From Eubacteriales bacterium (GTDB lineage Bacteria; Bacillota; Clostridia; Oscillospirales; CAG-272): a stretch of DNA of 64,000 nt. The number at the start of each line of letters is the position of its first letter. Within the stretch, counting starts at the first letter, position 1. The DNA lies in NCBI GenBank assembly GCA_045543615.1, contig JAZPXL010000020.1, forward strand, positions 14,107 through 78,106. Reading direction: 5' to 3'. The position numbers and the translations under genes were made by a program. Below, piece by piece: positions 10,119 through 19,918 of this stretch. A model generated the notes under the pieces. That model was not told the origin of the DNA. It was given only the letters and a program-made list of their open reading frames with translations, and made no database searches.

Positions 10119-11087
10119 TTATGCCCAGCTCATTGTTCTGGGTTTGTCCTCAACCATAACGATGGGAGCGAGAACGGAGATTGCCTTTCTAAGTCCCTCG
10201 TCGATAGTCATAATGCTGTCCTCGTGCTCGATGGAGATAGCTCCGTCATAGCCACAGAGGCGGAGATTGGAGATGATGTCTCTCCAATAAGCTTCGCTAT
10301 TACCAAAGCCAACTGCACGGAATACCCAAGCACGGCCCAGCTCGTCGGAGTAGTGCTTTGTATCAAGCACGCCGTTCTTTGCTGTGTTGTACTTATCAAC
10401 CTTGGTATCCTTTGCGTGGAAGTGGTAGATTGCGCCCTTAAGCTCACGGATAGCTGCAACGGGATCGATGCCCTGCCAGATGAGGTGTGAGGGGTCAAAG
10501 TTTGCACCGATTATGTCACCTACTGCAGCACGCAGGCGCAGGAGTGTTTCGGGATTGTATACGCAGAAGCCCGGGTGCATTTCGAATGCGATGTGTTCAA
10601 TACCGTGTGCGCTTGCGAAAGCAGCCATTTCCTTCCAATAGGGGATGAGCTTTTCATTCCACTGCCACTCAAGAATTGCGAGGAAGTCCTCGGGCCAGGG
10701 ACAAGTTACCCAGTTGGGATATTTTGAGCTGTCGCTATCGCCGGGGCAGCCGGAAAATCCGACTATGGTCTTTACGCCGAGCTTTTCTGCAAGAAGGATA
10801 GCGTTTCTGAAGTCGGTGTCATAGGACTCGGCTGTTGCTTTGTCGGGGTGGAGGGGGTTGCCGTGGCAAGCGAGAGCAGCGATTTCAACATCGAAGCGAC
10901 GGAAGGCTTCAACGAAAGCGTCAAGCTTTGCGCTGTCTGCGAGAAGCTCTGCGGGGTTGCAGTGCGCCTTGCCGGGATATCCACCTGCACCAACTTCAAC
11001 AGTATGTACGCCGAGAGAAGTGAGGATTGTCAAGGACTCTTCGAGAGTCTTTGAAGCATAGAGGTTTTCAAGAACACAAAGTTTCAT
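10119..11087 (-). CDS. Sugar phosphate isomerase/epimerase (xylose-isomerase-like TIM barrel)
   Basis: EMHP, NFDPSH, HFHAKD, SIEHED metal-binding motifs. Confidence 0.9.
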   Translation of the reverse strand: MKLCVLENLYASKTLEESLTILTSLGVHTVEVGAGGYPGKAHCNPAELLADSAKLDAFVEAFRRFDVEIAALACHGNPLHPDKATAESYDTDFRNAILLAEKLGVKTIVGFSGCPGDSDSSKYPNWVTCPWPEDFLAILEWQWNEKLIPYWKEMAAFASAHGIEHIAFEMHPGFCVYNPETLLRLRAAVGDIIGANFDPSHLIWQGIDPVAAIRELKGAIYHFHAKDTKVDKYNTAKNGVLDTKHYSDELGRAWVFRAVGFGNSEAYWRDIISNLRLCGYDGAISIEHEDSIMTIDEGLRKAISVLAPIVMVEDKPRTMSWA

Positions 11088-11102
11088 TTATTTTCTCCTT
11101 AA

Positions 11103-12194
11103 TTAAAATCTGTAAATATCGCCTGTCTTGGAGGATGTGTAGATACCCTCAAGAATGCGTGTTACTGTGTAAGCCTGCTCAGGGGTTACGAGAGGTGTTG
11201 TATTATTGATAACAGCGTCGATCCAGAGTCTTGCCTCACGGTGCTCAGGAGCTTCGTTAGCCGCTCCGTCATAGAATGCAGCTCCACCTGCCTTGAGGTC
11301 GGGAGTGAATTTGTACTTTGCGCCGTGTGCAACGCCGTTGATTCGCAGACCGTCGAGCATATCAGCACCTGCAAGAGTACCTGCAAAGGATGTGATTGCC
11401 TCACGGCAGTCAAGCATATTGATTGCCCAAGAGGACTCGAGGTTGATTGTTGCGCCGTTTTCCATTACGACAAAGCCGAATGCAGAGTCTTCGACGGTGT
11501 ACTGTGTGGGATCCCAAGGGCCCCAGCTGTTGCCCTGAAGCTCAACGGGATTTTCAGCGAGCTTACGGAATACGCTACCTACGCAATACTTGGGCTTGTA
11601 GTTATTAAGCATCCAAAGTGTGAGGTCGAGAGCGTGTGTGCCGATGTCGATGAGAGGGCCGCCACCCTGCTCGTACTCGTTGAGGAATACGCCCCAGGTG
11701 GGAACTGCTCTACGGCGAAGTGCTGTTGCCTTTGCGTAATATATATCACCGAACATACCGTCTTCCACGAGCTGCTTGAGATATACAGCATCGGGACGGT
11801 TACGTGTCTGGTATCCGATGGTGAGGAGCTTGCCTGTGCGCTCTGCGGCGTCAAGCATCTTTTTAGCCTCAGCTGAGTTTATAGCCATAGGCTTTTCACA
11901 CATTACGTGCTTGCCTGCCTCAAGAGCGTCAACTGTGATGAAGCTATGTGAACGGTTGGGTGTGAGAACGTGAACTACCTCAATGGTCTTGTCCTCGAGA
12001 AGCTGCTTGTAGTCGGTATATACAGCGGCGTCGGGAGTGCCGAACTCAGCTGCTGCCTTGCGTGCACGCTCTTCGATAATATCGCAGAATGCGACCATCT
12101 CGACATTTTTAAGTCTTTTGAGAGAGGGAAGATGCTTGCCGTTTGCAATTCCGCCGCATCCGATGATACCAACTCTTACGATTCTTTTCTCCAT
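11103..12194 (-). CDS. Gfo/Idh/MocA family oxidoreductase
   Basis: GIIGCGGIA, CEKPMA, GGGPLIDIGTH. Confidence 0.9.
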   Translation of the reverse strand: MEKRIVRVGIIGCGGIANGKHLPSLKRLKNVEMVAFCDIIEERARKAAAEFGTPDAAVYTDYKQLLEDKTIEVVHVLTPNRSHSFITVDALEAGKHVMCEKPMAINSAEAKKMLDAAERTGKLLTIGYQTRNRPDAVYLKQLVEDGMFGDIYYAKATALRRRAVPTWGVFLNEYEQGGGPLIDIGTHALDLTLWMLNNYKPKYCVGSVFRKLAENPVELQGNSWGPWDPTQYTVEDSAFGFVVMENGATINLESSWAINMLDCREAITSFAGTLAGADMLDGLRINGVAHGAKYKFTPDLKAGGAAFYDGAANEAPEHREARLWIDAVINNTTPLVTPEQAYTVTRILEGIYTSSKTGDIYRF

Positions 12195-12285
12195 AGTATT
12201 TTACCTTGCCTTTTTTTATTCTTGGGAATCCCCATATTTAATGATACCACAAATGTGGTAAAAATTCAATAAGTTTTGTAAATTA

Positions 12286-13599
12286 TTATTTGCCCGAAAC
12301 CGATATATCGTCAAAGAGAACGTCCGGCGCGCCGTAGCTTCCACCTGTTCCGAATGAGAGGTTATCTGCGAGTGCGCGAACCTTATAGAGCAGGGAATAG
12401 AAATTATCTGCTATTGTGATGTTCTTTACTGCACGAACACGGACGCCGTTCTCAACAAGGAAGCCTGCGGCTTCAAGCGAAAAGTCGCCGCTGTCGGCGT
12501 CAGCACCTGCGTGCAGTCCCTTAAGCTCGGTGATATAAAGTCCGTTTCCGAGTACCCCAAGCAGCTCGTCACGGGAAAGTGTGCCCTCCTTGATATAAAG
12601 TCCACGGGGAGAGATGCCCTTTGCGCTGCTTGCGTTGCCCGTTGTGGTCTTGCCGAATTTATTTGCGTACATACGGTTATAGAGAAGTGTGATGAGTCTG
12701 CCGTTTTCGATGACATTCTTTGTATAGCAAGCGACACCCTCTGCGTCAAATGGGCAGTTGTCGAATTTCTTCGGATGGAAGGGATCGTCAACTATTGTGA
12801 GAACATCATTTGCGACCATCTCGCCTTCCTTGTCTGCAAAGAGCGTGGTCTTGAGGAATGCAGAGCGAGCAGAGAAGATTGGTGAGAAGACGGCGAGCAT
12901 TGAGCGCATAGTTTCGCTGTCGAGGATTATGCTGTACTTGCCGGACTCTACTGCCTCGCCGCCGAGCTTTGCAGTAGCGGCCGTGACAGTTCTATCAACG
13001 AGTGAGTCTGCGTCCTCTTCTTCGATAAACGCAACCTCGTAATTTTCCTCAGCATCGTCTCCGTCCTTAACTGCGGCAACTACGCCGTGAATAACATAGC
13101 TTCCACCGTATGAGAGATCAAGTCCCTCAGAGTTTATGAAGCTTTCCTCAACAGCTGAGAGGGAGACGAAGCTCTGTGATCCGTCAACCACCTTGTCGGA
13201 TGCTGAAAGTAGCTTTTTTTGGAGCATAAGCGTATGTTCGATCATCTCTGCTGTTGTCGGAAGCTTGCTTTCTCTACGCTCGACCTTTGGGTATGAGGGT
13301 GAGCCTGCAAAGAGTCCGACCTCGTCAGCCTCGTCAACAACGGGTGCGCTGTCGCAGGCTCTGCGTACAAGCTCGGCTGCTTCTTCAGGTGTAACGATAT
13401 TGCCTGAGGCATATCCACTTTTGCCGCCCTTGACGCAACGGACGGTCATAGATGTACTTTTTTCGTAGGTTACAGAGGAGATCTCGTCCTTGAGAGCCTC
13501 GACGGATGCGTTTGTTGAAGAGCCTATGGTGATCTCGTAGCCTTCAGCACCGTACATTTTGGCTGCTGCGGCAACTGCATCTTTAATTGCATTAATCAT
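12286..13599 (-). CDS. pmbA: TldE/PmbA family protein
   Basis: FDAEG, TGNA, GDFS motifs; no HExxH; start refined to ATG after GAAAGGAGA. Confidence 0.85.
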   Translation of the reverse strand: MINAIKDAVAAAAKMYGAEGYEITIGSSTNASVEALKDEISSVTYEKSTSMTVRCVKGGKSGYASGNIVTPEEAAELVRRACDSAPVVDEADEVGLFAGSPSYPKVERRESKLPTTAEMIEHTLMLQKKLLSASDKVVDGSQSFVSLSAVEESFINSEGLDLSYGGSYVIHGVVAAVKDGDDAEENYEVAFIEEEDADSLVDRTVTAATAKLGGEAVESGKYSIILDSETMRSMLAVFSPIFSARSAFLKTTLFADKEGEMVANDVLTIVDDPFHPKKFDNCPFDAEGVACYTKNVIENGRLITLLYNRMYANKFGKTTTGNASSAKGISPRGLYIKEGTLSRDELLGVLGNGLYITELKGLHAGADADSGDFSLEAAGFLVENGVRVRAVKNITIADNFYSLLYKVRALADNLSFGTGGSYGAPDVLFDDISVSGK

Positions 13600-13616
13600 T
13601 TTCCCGTCTCCTTTCA

Positions 13617-15005
13617 TCAATTTCGTCCACCGACAGTGATGCTGCTGACTCTAATGAGTGGCTGACCGACGTCTGTCGGAACTGATCCACTTGACGATCC
13701 ACACATACCCTGAGCAGTTTCCATATCCTGACCTACCATATCAATGTTCATCAGGATTTCGCTGCCTGTGCCGATGAGGGATGCGCCCTTTACAGGCTCG
13801 CAGAGCTTACCGTTTCTGATGATATATCCCTCACGGACGGAGAAATTGAATGCACCACTGAAGGGATTGACAGATCCACCACCCATAGCGGCGGCGTAGA
13901 TGCCGTAGTCAATGGATGCAAAGATATCCTCGTTTTTATCAGGGCCGCAAGCGATATATGTGTTTGTCATTCTTGAGGTGGGCTCGTATGAATAATCCTG
14001 TCTGCGTGCGCTTGCAGTATGGGGCATACCCATTCTGCGAGAGCCGAGACGGTCGATCATATACGATGTAAGAATTCCGTTTTCAATAAGTGTGCGCTTT
14101 ATCATCGGGTTGCCCTCGTCATCAATATTGCAAGAGCCCCAGCCGTTTGGGATAGTTCCGTCATCAATGGCTGTTACCTTTGAGTTGGCAATCTGCATAC
14201 CCATCTTGCCCGCCATCTGTGACATTCCGATTCCAACGCTTGTAGCTTCAAGTGAGTGACCACAAGCCTCGTGGAAGATTACTCCACCAAAGCCGTTACC
14301 TATCGCAACGGTCATTTTTCCGGAGGGGCAGGGAATTGCAGAGAGGTTGACAACTGCCTGTCTTGCTGCCTCGATTCCTACGCTTACAGGATCAACAACG
14401 GATTCAAACAGCTCAAAGCCCATACTGCGACCGGGACTGCAAGAGCCACTCTGGTTTTCGCCACCGTTGCTTGCGAGAGCAGAGACGCCTATTCTTGTTC
14501 TGACTTGACGGTCACAGGTGTAAAGTCCCTCGCTGTTTGCGACGGTGAAGCTCTTTTCACTTGAATTTATGGAGCCTGAAACCTGAACTACCTGAGAGCT
14601 GTGATCGTAGGCGGCAGAGCAGGCTGTACGGAGAAGCTCGGCTCTCTGGGCGGCAGGTACATCTGAGGGAAGAATTTTTATTGGATGGATGTTGGGATTG
14701 ATGCGCTCGATCAGGCAGAAGTCGGGGATGGTGAGGACACTGCCTCCGACAGCCTGCGCAACTCTTTCTGCGCATTCAACAAGTCCGCCGTGTGAGAGAT
14801 CGGAGGTGCAGGCAAAATATGTCTGCGTGCCTACGAATGCTCTGATTCCCACTCCACCACGGGAGGTGTCCGAAACCGTCTCGATCTTTCGATCGCTGTA
14901 ACGGACGGAGTTTGCCTTTGAATATTCCGAGTAGACCTCAACGAAGTCTGCACCACCGTGGAGCACGATGGCGATAAGCTCGGACATTGTTTTTTTGTCA
15001 AGCAT
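13617..15005 (-). CDS. tldD: TldD metalloprotease
   Basis: FHEACGHSLE, DDEG, RMTNT, C-terminal CG..SGSVP..GQP. Confidence 0.9.
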   Translation of the reverse strand: MLDKKTMSELIAIVLHGGADFVEVYSEYSKANSVRYSDRKIETVSDTSRGGVGIRAFVGTQTYFACTSDLSHGGLVECAERVAQAVGGSVLTIPDFCLIERINPNIHPIKILPSDVPAAQRAELLRTACSAAYDHSSQVVQVSGSINSSEKSFTVANSEGLYTCDRQVRTRIGVSALASNGGENQSGSCSPGRSMGFELFESVVDPVSVGIEAARQAVVNLSAIPCPSGKMTVAIGNGFGGVIFHEACGHSLEATSVGIGMSQMAGKMGMQIANSKVTAIDDGTIPNGWGSCNIDDEGNPMIKRTLIENGILTSYMIDRLGSRRMGMPHTASARRQDYSYEPTSRMTNTYIACGPDKNEDIFASIDYGIYAAAMGGGSVNPFSGAFNFSVREGYIIRNGKLCEPVKGASLIGTGSEILMNIDMVGQDMETAQGMCGSSSGSVPTDVGQPLIRVSSITVGGRN

Positions 15006-15330
15006 TTCTCATTGTTCCTTTCGTTAAGTTAAACGATATATATAATAATTATATCACGCCACGGAAAGCTTGTAAATATAAATTTCAACATTATTGCAAA
15101 ATTTGCGCAAAAAACTATTACCGAAAGCAGAGCTTTTCTTTTGTGCAATATTTATAAATGCTGTCATTTTTTTGCGATTGGAGACAGTAAACCGACAAAT
15201 TTTGTGGAGTTTGATTTTTTTATTCAAAAGATATTGAAAAAAGAAAAAAATGGTGTTATAATATTTCTGTGTGAGAAAAACATAATAGTAAAATTCAATA
15301 CAAACTGAAAAAAGAAAGGTGTTAGGAGCT

Positions 15331-16443
15331 ATGGCAAAAACCAACATTGTCGATTGGACTACTATTACAAATTTCGTTGTCGATTCTTTCGTAGGATACG
15401 GCATTCCCCGTGAGGATGCTGAAATCTGTGCAGACGTTCTGCTTGAGAGTGACAAGCGTGGAATTGAATCCCACGGTTGCAACCGTTTCAAGCCGATTTA
15501 TCTTGACAGAATCAAGGCAGGCATCCAGAATCCCGTTACAAATTTTGATATAATCAAGGAAACTGAAACAACAGCCGTTGTTGACGGTCACGATGGTATG
15601 GGTCAGGTTATTGGATACCGTGCTATGCAGATGGCTATTGACAAGGCTAAGAAGTACGGTATGGGTATGGTTGTTGTTCGCAACTCCTGCCACTACGGTA
15701 TTGCAGGCTACTATACCTCTATGGCTACAAAGCAGGGCTGTATTGGTATGACAGGTACAAACGCTCGTCCCACAGTTGCTCCCACTTGGGGTACTGAGGG
15801 TATGTTCGGAACCAACCCCTTCACTCTCGGTGTTCCTACCGATGAGGCATTTGACTTCAACTTCGACTGCGCAACATCCATCACGCAGAACGGTAAGCTT
15901 GAGTACTATCAGAGAATCGGTCACGATATTCCCTCAGGAACAATGATCGGCCCTGACGGTAACCCCGTTGAAGGCTTTGCAGGCGATGCTCTCAAGGCTA
16001 TGGCAAAGGGCGAGGCTGCTCTCTGCACACTCGGTGGTATCGGTGAGGCTCTCGGTGGATACAAGGGCTATGGCTTTGCTATGTTCGTAGAGTTCCTGTC
16101 CGCTGTTCTTCAGGACGGCGCATACGGTAAGGCTCTTACAGGTAAGGGCCCCGATGGTGAAAAAGTACCCTTCCACCTCGGTCACTTCTTTATTGCTATT
16201 GATACCGATCACTTTATGGGCGAGGATGTTTGCCGTAAGAAAGCCGGAGACATTATCCGTGCAGTTCGTGCATCCCAGAAGCAGCCCGGTGCTGAGCGCA
16301 TCTACACAGCAGGCGAGAAGGAGTATGAGATTCGTCTTGCACGCCACGCAGGTGTTCCGATCAATGAATCTGTTCAGGCTGAGATGAGCGCAGTTCGTGA
16401 CGAGCTTGGCCTTACACAGTATGTATTCCCGTGGGAAGTTTGA
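15331..16443 (+). CDS. Ldh_2 family (type 2 malate/L-lactate) dehydrogenase
   Basis: RGIESHG, VDGHDGMG, HYGIAG, GTNP, GGYKGYG motifs. Confidence 0.88.
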   Translation: MAKTNIVDWTTITNFVVDSFVGYGIPREDAEICADVLLESDKRGIESHGCNRFKPIYLDRIKAGIQNPVTNFDIIKETETTAVVDGHDGMGQVIGYRAMQMAIDKAKKYGMGMVVVRNSCHYGIAGYYTSMATKQGCIGMTGTNARPTVAPTWGTEGMFGTNPFTLGVPTDEAFDFNFDCATSITQNGKLEYYQRIGHDIPSGTMIGPDGNPVEGFAGDALKAMAKGEAALCTLGGIGEALGGYKGYGFAMFVEFLSAVLQDGAYGKALTGKGPDGEKVPFHLGHFFIAIDTDHFMGEDVCRKKAGDIIRAVRASQKQPGAERIYTAGEKEYEIRLARHAGVPINESVQAEMSAVRDELGLTQYVFPWEV

Positions 16444-16488
16444 TTTTTAAACTAAAAATAAAAAATTTTGAATAAAAAGAGGTTTCAA

Positions 16489-17667
16489 ATGAATTACAGA
16501 GAAGAATCCCTTAAGAAGCACGCAGAGTGGGGCGGTAAGATTGAAGTTACCGCACGCATCCCCGTAGACACTCGCGACGATCTTTCTCTTGCATACACCC
16601 CCGGTGTTGCAGAGCCCTGCCTTGCAATTCAGGCAGATTACAACAAGTCCTTTGAGCTTACTCGCCGTTCCAACCTCGTTGCAGTTATCACAGATGGTAC
16701 TGCTGTTCTTGGTCTTGGCGACATCGGCCCTGAGGCAGGTATGCCCGTTATGGAGGGTAAGTGCCTGCTCTTCAAGGAATTCGGTGATGTAGATGCATTC
16801 CCTCTTTGCATTCGTTCCAAGGATGTTGACGAAATCGTTCGCACGATCTACCTCCTCTCCGGTAGCTTTGGTGGAATCAACCTTGAGGACATCGGTGCTC
16901 CCCGTTGCTTCGAGATTGAACGCCGTCTTATCGAGATGTGCGACATTCCGATCTTCCACGATGACCAGCACGGTACAGCAATAGTTGTTGCAGCAGCTCT
17001 CATTAACGCTCTCAAGATCGTTAAGAAGGACATCGCTGACATCAAGATCGCTATGAACGGGGCCGGCGCAGCAGGCGTTTCCATCGCAAAGCATCTCATC
17101 AATATGGGTGCAACAGCAGGCAACATCATTATGTGCAACCGTAAGGGCGCAATTTATGACGGCAAGGAAGGCCTCAACTCCGAGCTTCAGGAGATGGCAA
17201 GAATTACTAACGCTGCAAAGCTTGACGGTACAATCGCTGACGCTCTCCGTGGTGCTGACGTATTTATCGGCGTTTCTGCTCCCGGTACTGTTACTGCAGA
17301 GATGGTTGCTACAATGGCTCCCGATGCTATCGTATTCCCGATGGCTAACCCCACTCCCGAGATTATGCCCGACGAGGCAAAGGCCGGTGGCGCAAGAATC
17401 GTTGGTACAGGTCGTTCCGACTTCCCCAACCAGATCAACAACCTCCTTGCATTCCCCGGTATCTTCCGTGGTGCGCTTGATGTTCGTGCTTCCGTTATTA
17501 ACGAAGAGATGAAGGTTGCTACATCCCGTGCTCTCGCTTCTCTCGTAAGCGACGAGGAGCTTTCCGAGGACTACATCATTCCCTCAGCTCTTGATAAGAA
17601 CGTTGGTAAGGTCGTTGCTGCAGCAGTTGCAGAGGCAGCTCGCAGAACAGGCGTTGCAAGAATTTAA
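16489..17667 (+). CDS. NAD(P)-dependent malic enzyme
   Basis: AYTPGVA, MEGK, INLEDI, FHDDQHGT, GAGAAG, MANPTPEI. Confidence 0.95.
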   Translation: MNYREESLKKHAEWGGKIEVTARIPVDTRDDLSLAYTPGVAEPCLAIQADYNKSFELTRRSNLVAVITDGTAVLGLGDIGPEAGMPVMEGKCLLFKEFGDVDAFPLCIRSKDVDEIVRTIYLLSGSFGGINLEDIGAPRCFEIERRLIEMCDIPIFHDDQHGTAIVVAAALINALKIVKKDIADIKIAMNGAGAAGVSIAKHLINMGATAGNIIMCNRKGAIYDGKEGLNSELQEMARITNAAKLDGTIADALRGADVFIGVSAPGTVTAEMVATMAPDAIVFPMANPTPEIMPDEAKAGGARIVGTGRSDFPNQINNLLAFPGIFRGALDVRASVINEEMKVATSRALASLVSDEELSEDYIIPSALDKNVGKVVAAAVAEAARRTGVARI

Positions 17668-17679
17668 GTTAAGATTAAA

Positions 17680-17720
17680 TAAAAAGGCTTTCGGGCAGTC
17701 GCCCGAAATCCTTTTTTATT
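17680..17720. terminator. Bidirectional terminator
   Basis: aaaaagg-c-tttcgggc-agtc-gcccgaaa-t-cctttttt. Confidence 0.75.
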
Positions 17721-17725
17721 TGTAT

Positions 17726-18661
17726 TTACTGTTGAATGCCCATCATTTCCATAAGCTTCTTGTTAAACTCTTCAGCCGTGTTGTAGCCCATCTGCTTCTG
17801 ACGGTTGTTCATAGCGGCGATTTCAAGAATGATGGCGAGGTTTCGACCGGGCTTTACGGGAATGGTGAGGGCGGGGAGGTTGATGCCGAGTATCTCCACG
17901 CTTGATTCCTCAAGTCCCAGACGGTCATACATCTTGCCCTGCACCCAAGCCTCGAGATTGATAACAAGATCGATTTTTTCGGTATCCTTAACAGCACTCA
18001 TACCGAACAGACGGCGAACGTCAACAATACCTATACCACGAAGCTCTACATAATGGCGCAGAATTTCGGGCGCAGAGCCGATAAGAGACTTCTTTGATAC
18101 TCGCTTGATTTCAACTGCATCGTCGGCTATAAGACGATGTCCACGCTTTACAAGCTCAATTGCAGTTTCACTCTTACCAACTCCACTGTCACCAAGCAAC
18201 AGAAGTCCCTCGCCGTATACCTCGACGAGAACGCCGTGGCGTGTGATTGTTGGCGCAAGATGAACATTAAGTGAAGCAAAGAGTGCAGCCATAAGCACGC
18301 TTGTCATCTCCTCGGAGGTAAGAAGAGGAACTCCGTACTGCTCGCAGGCCTTTACCATCTCGGGAAAAGGTGCGTTGCCTGCCGTCATAACAACTGTCAC
18401 GGGTCGATGAGAAATAAATGCATCTATATGGCGTGCTCTTTCCTCGGGTGGCATATTGGTGAGATATTTGCACTCTGCGTTACCGATGAGCTGAACTCGT
18501 CCGTCCTCAAAGATGTCAAAGAAGCCTGCAAGCGCAAGGCCGGGACGGTCAACCTCAGGTGTGTAAATAAAAATCTGCTCAGCTTCGCTCGGCAGATAAA
18601 CGGGCACAAGGTCAAATTCCTTTATTAGTGCCGACAGAGCAATCTGATATTTTTCTTCCAT
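17726..18661 (-). CDS. hprK: HPr kinase/phosphorylase
   Basis: RPGLALAG, HGVLVEVYG, GDSGVGKSE Walker A, ELRGIGI; start MEEKYQ after AAGGA. Confidence 0.95.
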   Translation of the reverse strand: MEEKYQIALSALIKEFDLVPVYLPSEAEQIFIYTPEVDRPGLALAGFFDIFEDGRVQLIGNAECKYLTNMPPEERARHIDAFISHRPVTVVMTAGNAPFPEMVKACEQYGVPLLTSEEMTSVLMAALFASLNVHLAPTITRHGVLVEVYGEGLLLLGDSGVGKSETAIELVKRGHRLIADDAVEIKRVSKKSLIGSAPEILRHYVELRGIGIVDVRRLFGMSAVKDTEKIDLVINLEAWVQGKMYDRLGLEESSVEILGINLPALTIPVKPGRNLAIILEIAAMNNRQKQMGYNTAEEFNKKLMEMMGIQQ

Positions 18662-18877
18662 ATTATTTTCCTTATTTATTGTATTTACTAAAAGATGTAT
18701 TCCACACGGCGTCAGCCGACTGTATATAGTATAGCATATAATCCTCCGGGTTGCAAAGCTTTTTTGAAAAAAATTTAAAAAAGAGTGCACAGAGGGTGCA
18801 ATATTCATAATAAAGACATAAAAATATGTTATTATATAAGATGTAGCAATATATCTAACTGATTTTGGAGAGTTTTT

Positions 18878-19918
18878 ATGAAAACAACAAAATGGAATTT
18901 TAAGACCGCAGTGCTTGCGTTTATTTTGTGCGCAGCAATTCTTCTGCTTTCTTCTTGCGCTCCCAAGCCCATTGAGAGCACAGAGGAGGAAATGGCAGTT
19001 ATCGGTAATGTTTCGGGACGAGACATCAGATATGAGGAGTACCGTTACATAGTGCTCAATCACAAATACGAGCTTGAGAAAAAGTACGGCGAGGGTATCT
19101 GGGATACGGATGAGAGCGCAGAGAAGTACAGAGAAGAGCTCGAGACCCTTGTTGCCGACAGCATTTGCAGTGACTACTATGCTATTATGAATATGGCAGA
19201 TTATTATTATCTTGGTGGCTCTGAGCTGATGTTTTCCGAGGAGGCTATTCTTAACGCCGTTCAGAAGACCGTTGAGGCGGCTGTTGATGAGTGTGGTAGC
19301 TTTGGTAAGTACAAACAGATGCTCAAGGAAATGTATATGACAGATCACCTCTTCCGTTTCTATCTTGCCGCCGAGGAGTGTGCAACTGAGCTTTTCTACA
19401 TACTGTGTAATGACCTTGGCGAGATTGATTCCGATGAAGAGACCATCAAGGACTATATGCATTCAGACAAATTCATTCGTACAAATCACGTTTATATAGA
19501 TGGTATCAGCGAGGAGAATGCGGCACTTGCAGAGGATATTTACGAAGAGCTTCGCCTCTCGTCCTCTCCTGAGCTTGAGATCATTCTGCTCAAGGGACAG
19601 CATTGTGACGATTATACAATGACAACCACACACGGCAAGTATTTCGCACGATACACCTCGGACTATGGCGACGAGTACGAAAATGCGGCTTTTGAGCTTG
19701 ACGAGGGCGAGCTTAGCGGAGTTGTCACAACGGAGGATGGTTACTACGTAATTCTTCGTTTGCCCGTTGAAGAGGACTACCTTACGACCAATTTTGACGA
19801 TTTCAAGGACGATATCCTTGGCTCTGAATTTAATGTGATCATCAACGAGTACAAGGACAAGCTTGTGTTTGAATTCAACGATTACGGACGCAGTATTGAC
19901 ATTCTGGAGATTGAGTGA
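18878..19918 (+). CDS. PrsA-like peptidyl-prolyl isomerase lipoprotein
   Basis: Lipobox LSSC; parvulin-like YENAAFEL..GELSGVVTTEDGYYVILR. Confidence 0.7.
   Translation: MKTTKWNFKTAVLAFILCAAILLLSSCAPKPIESTEEEMAVIGNVSGRDIRYEEYRYIVLNHKYELEKKYGEGIWDTDESAEKYREELETLVADSICSDYYAIMNMADYYYLGGSELMFSEEAILNAVQKTVEAAVDECGSFGKYKQMLKEMYMTDHLFRFYLAAEECATELFYILCNDLGEIDSDEETIKDYMHSDKFIRTNHVYIDGISEENAALAEDIYEELRLSSSPELEIILLKGQHCDDYTMTTTHGKYFARYTSDYGDEYENAAFELDEGELSGVVTTEDGYYVILRLPVEEDYLTTNFDDFKDDILGSEFNVIINEYKDKLVFEFNDYGRSIDILEIE

Noticed and set aside
12286-15005. TldD/PmbA as part of a RiPP cluster
   Set aside because: No precursor peptide or modification genes nearby; the pair is commonly stand-alone
15141-15158. 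Possible Rex operator upstream of the malate genes
   Set aside because: TTGTGCAATATTTATAAA matches the palindrome only partly and lies in an AT-rich region
17726-19462. 578-aa ORF in the track
   Set aside because: Only 17726-18661 is HprK; the extension is antisense to the PrsA-like gene
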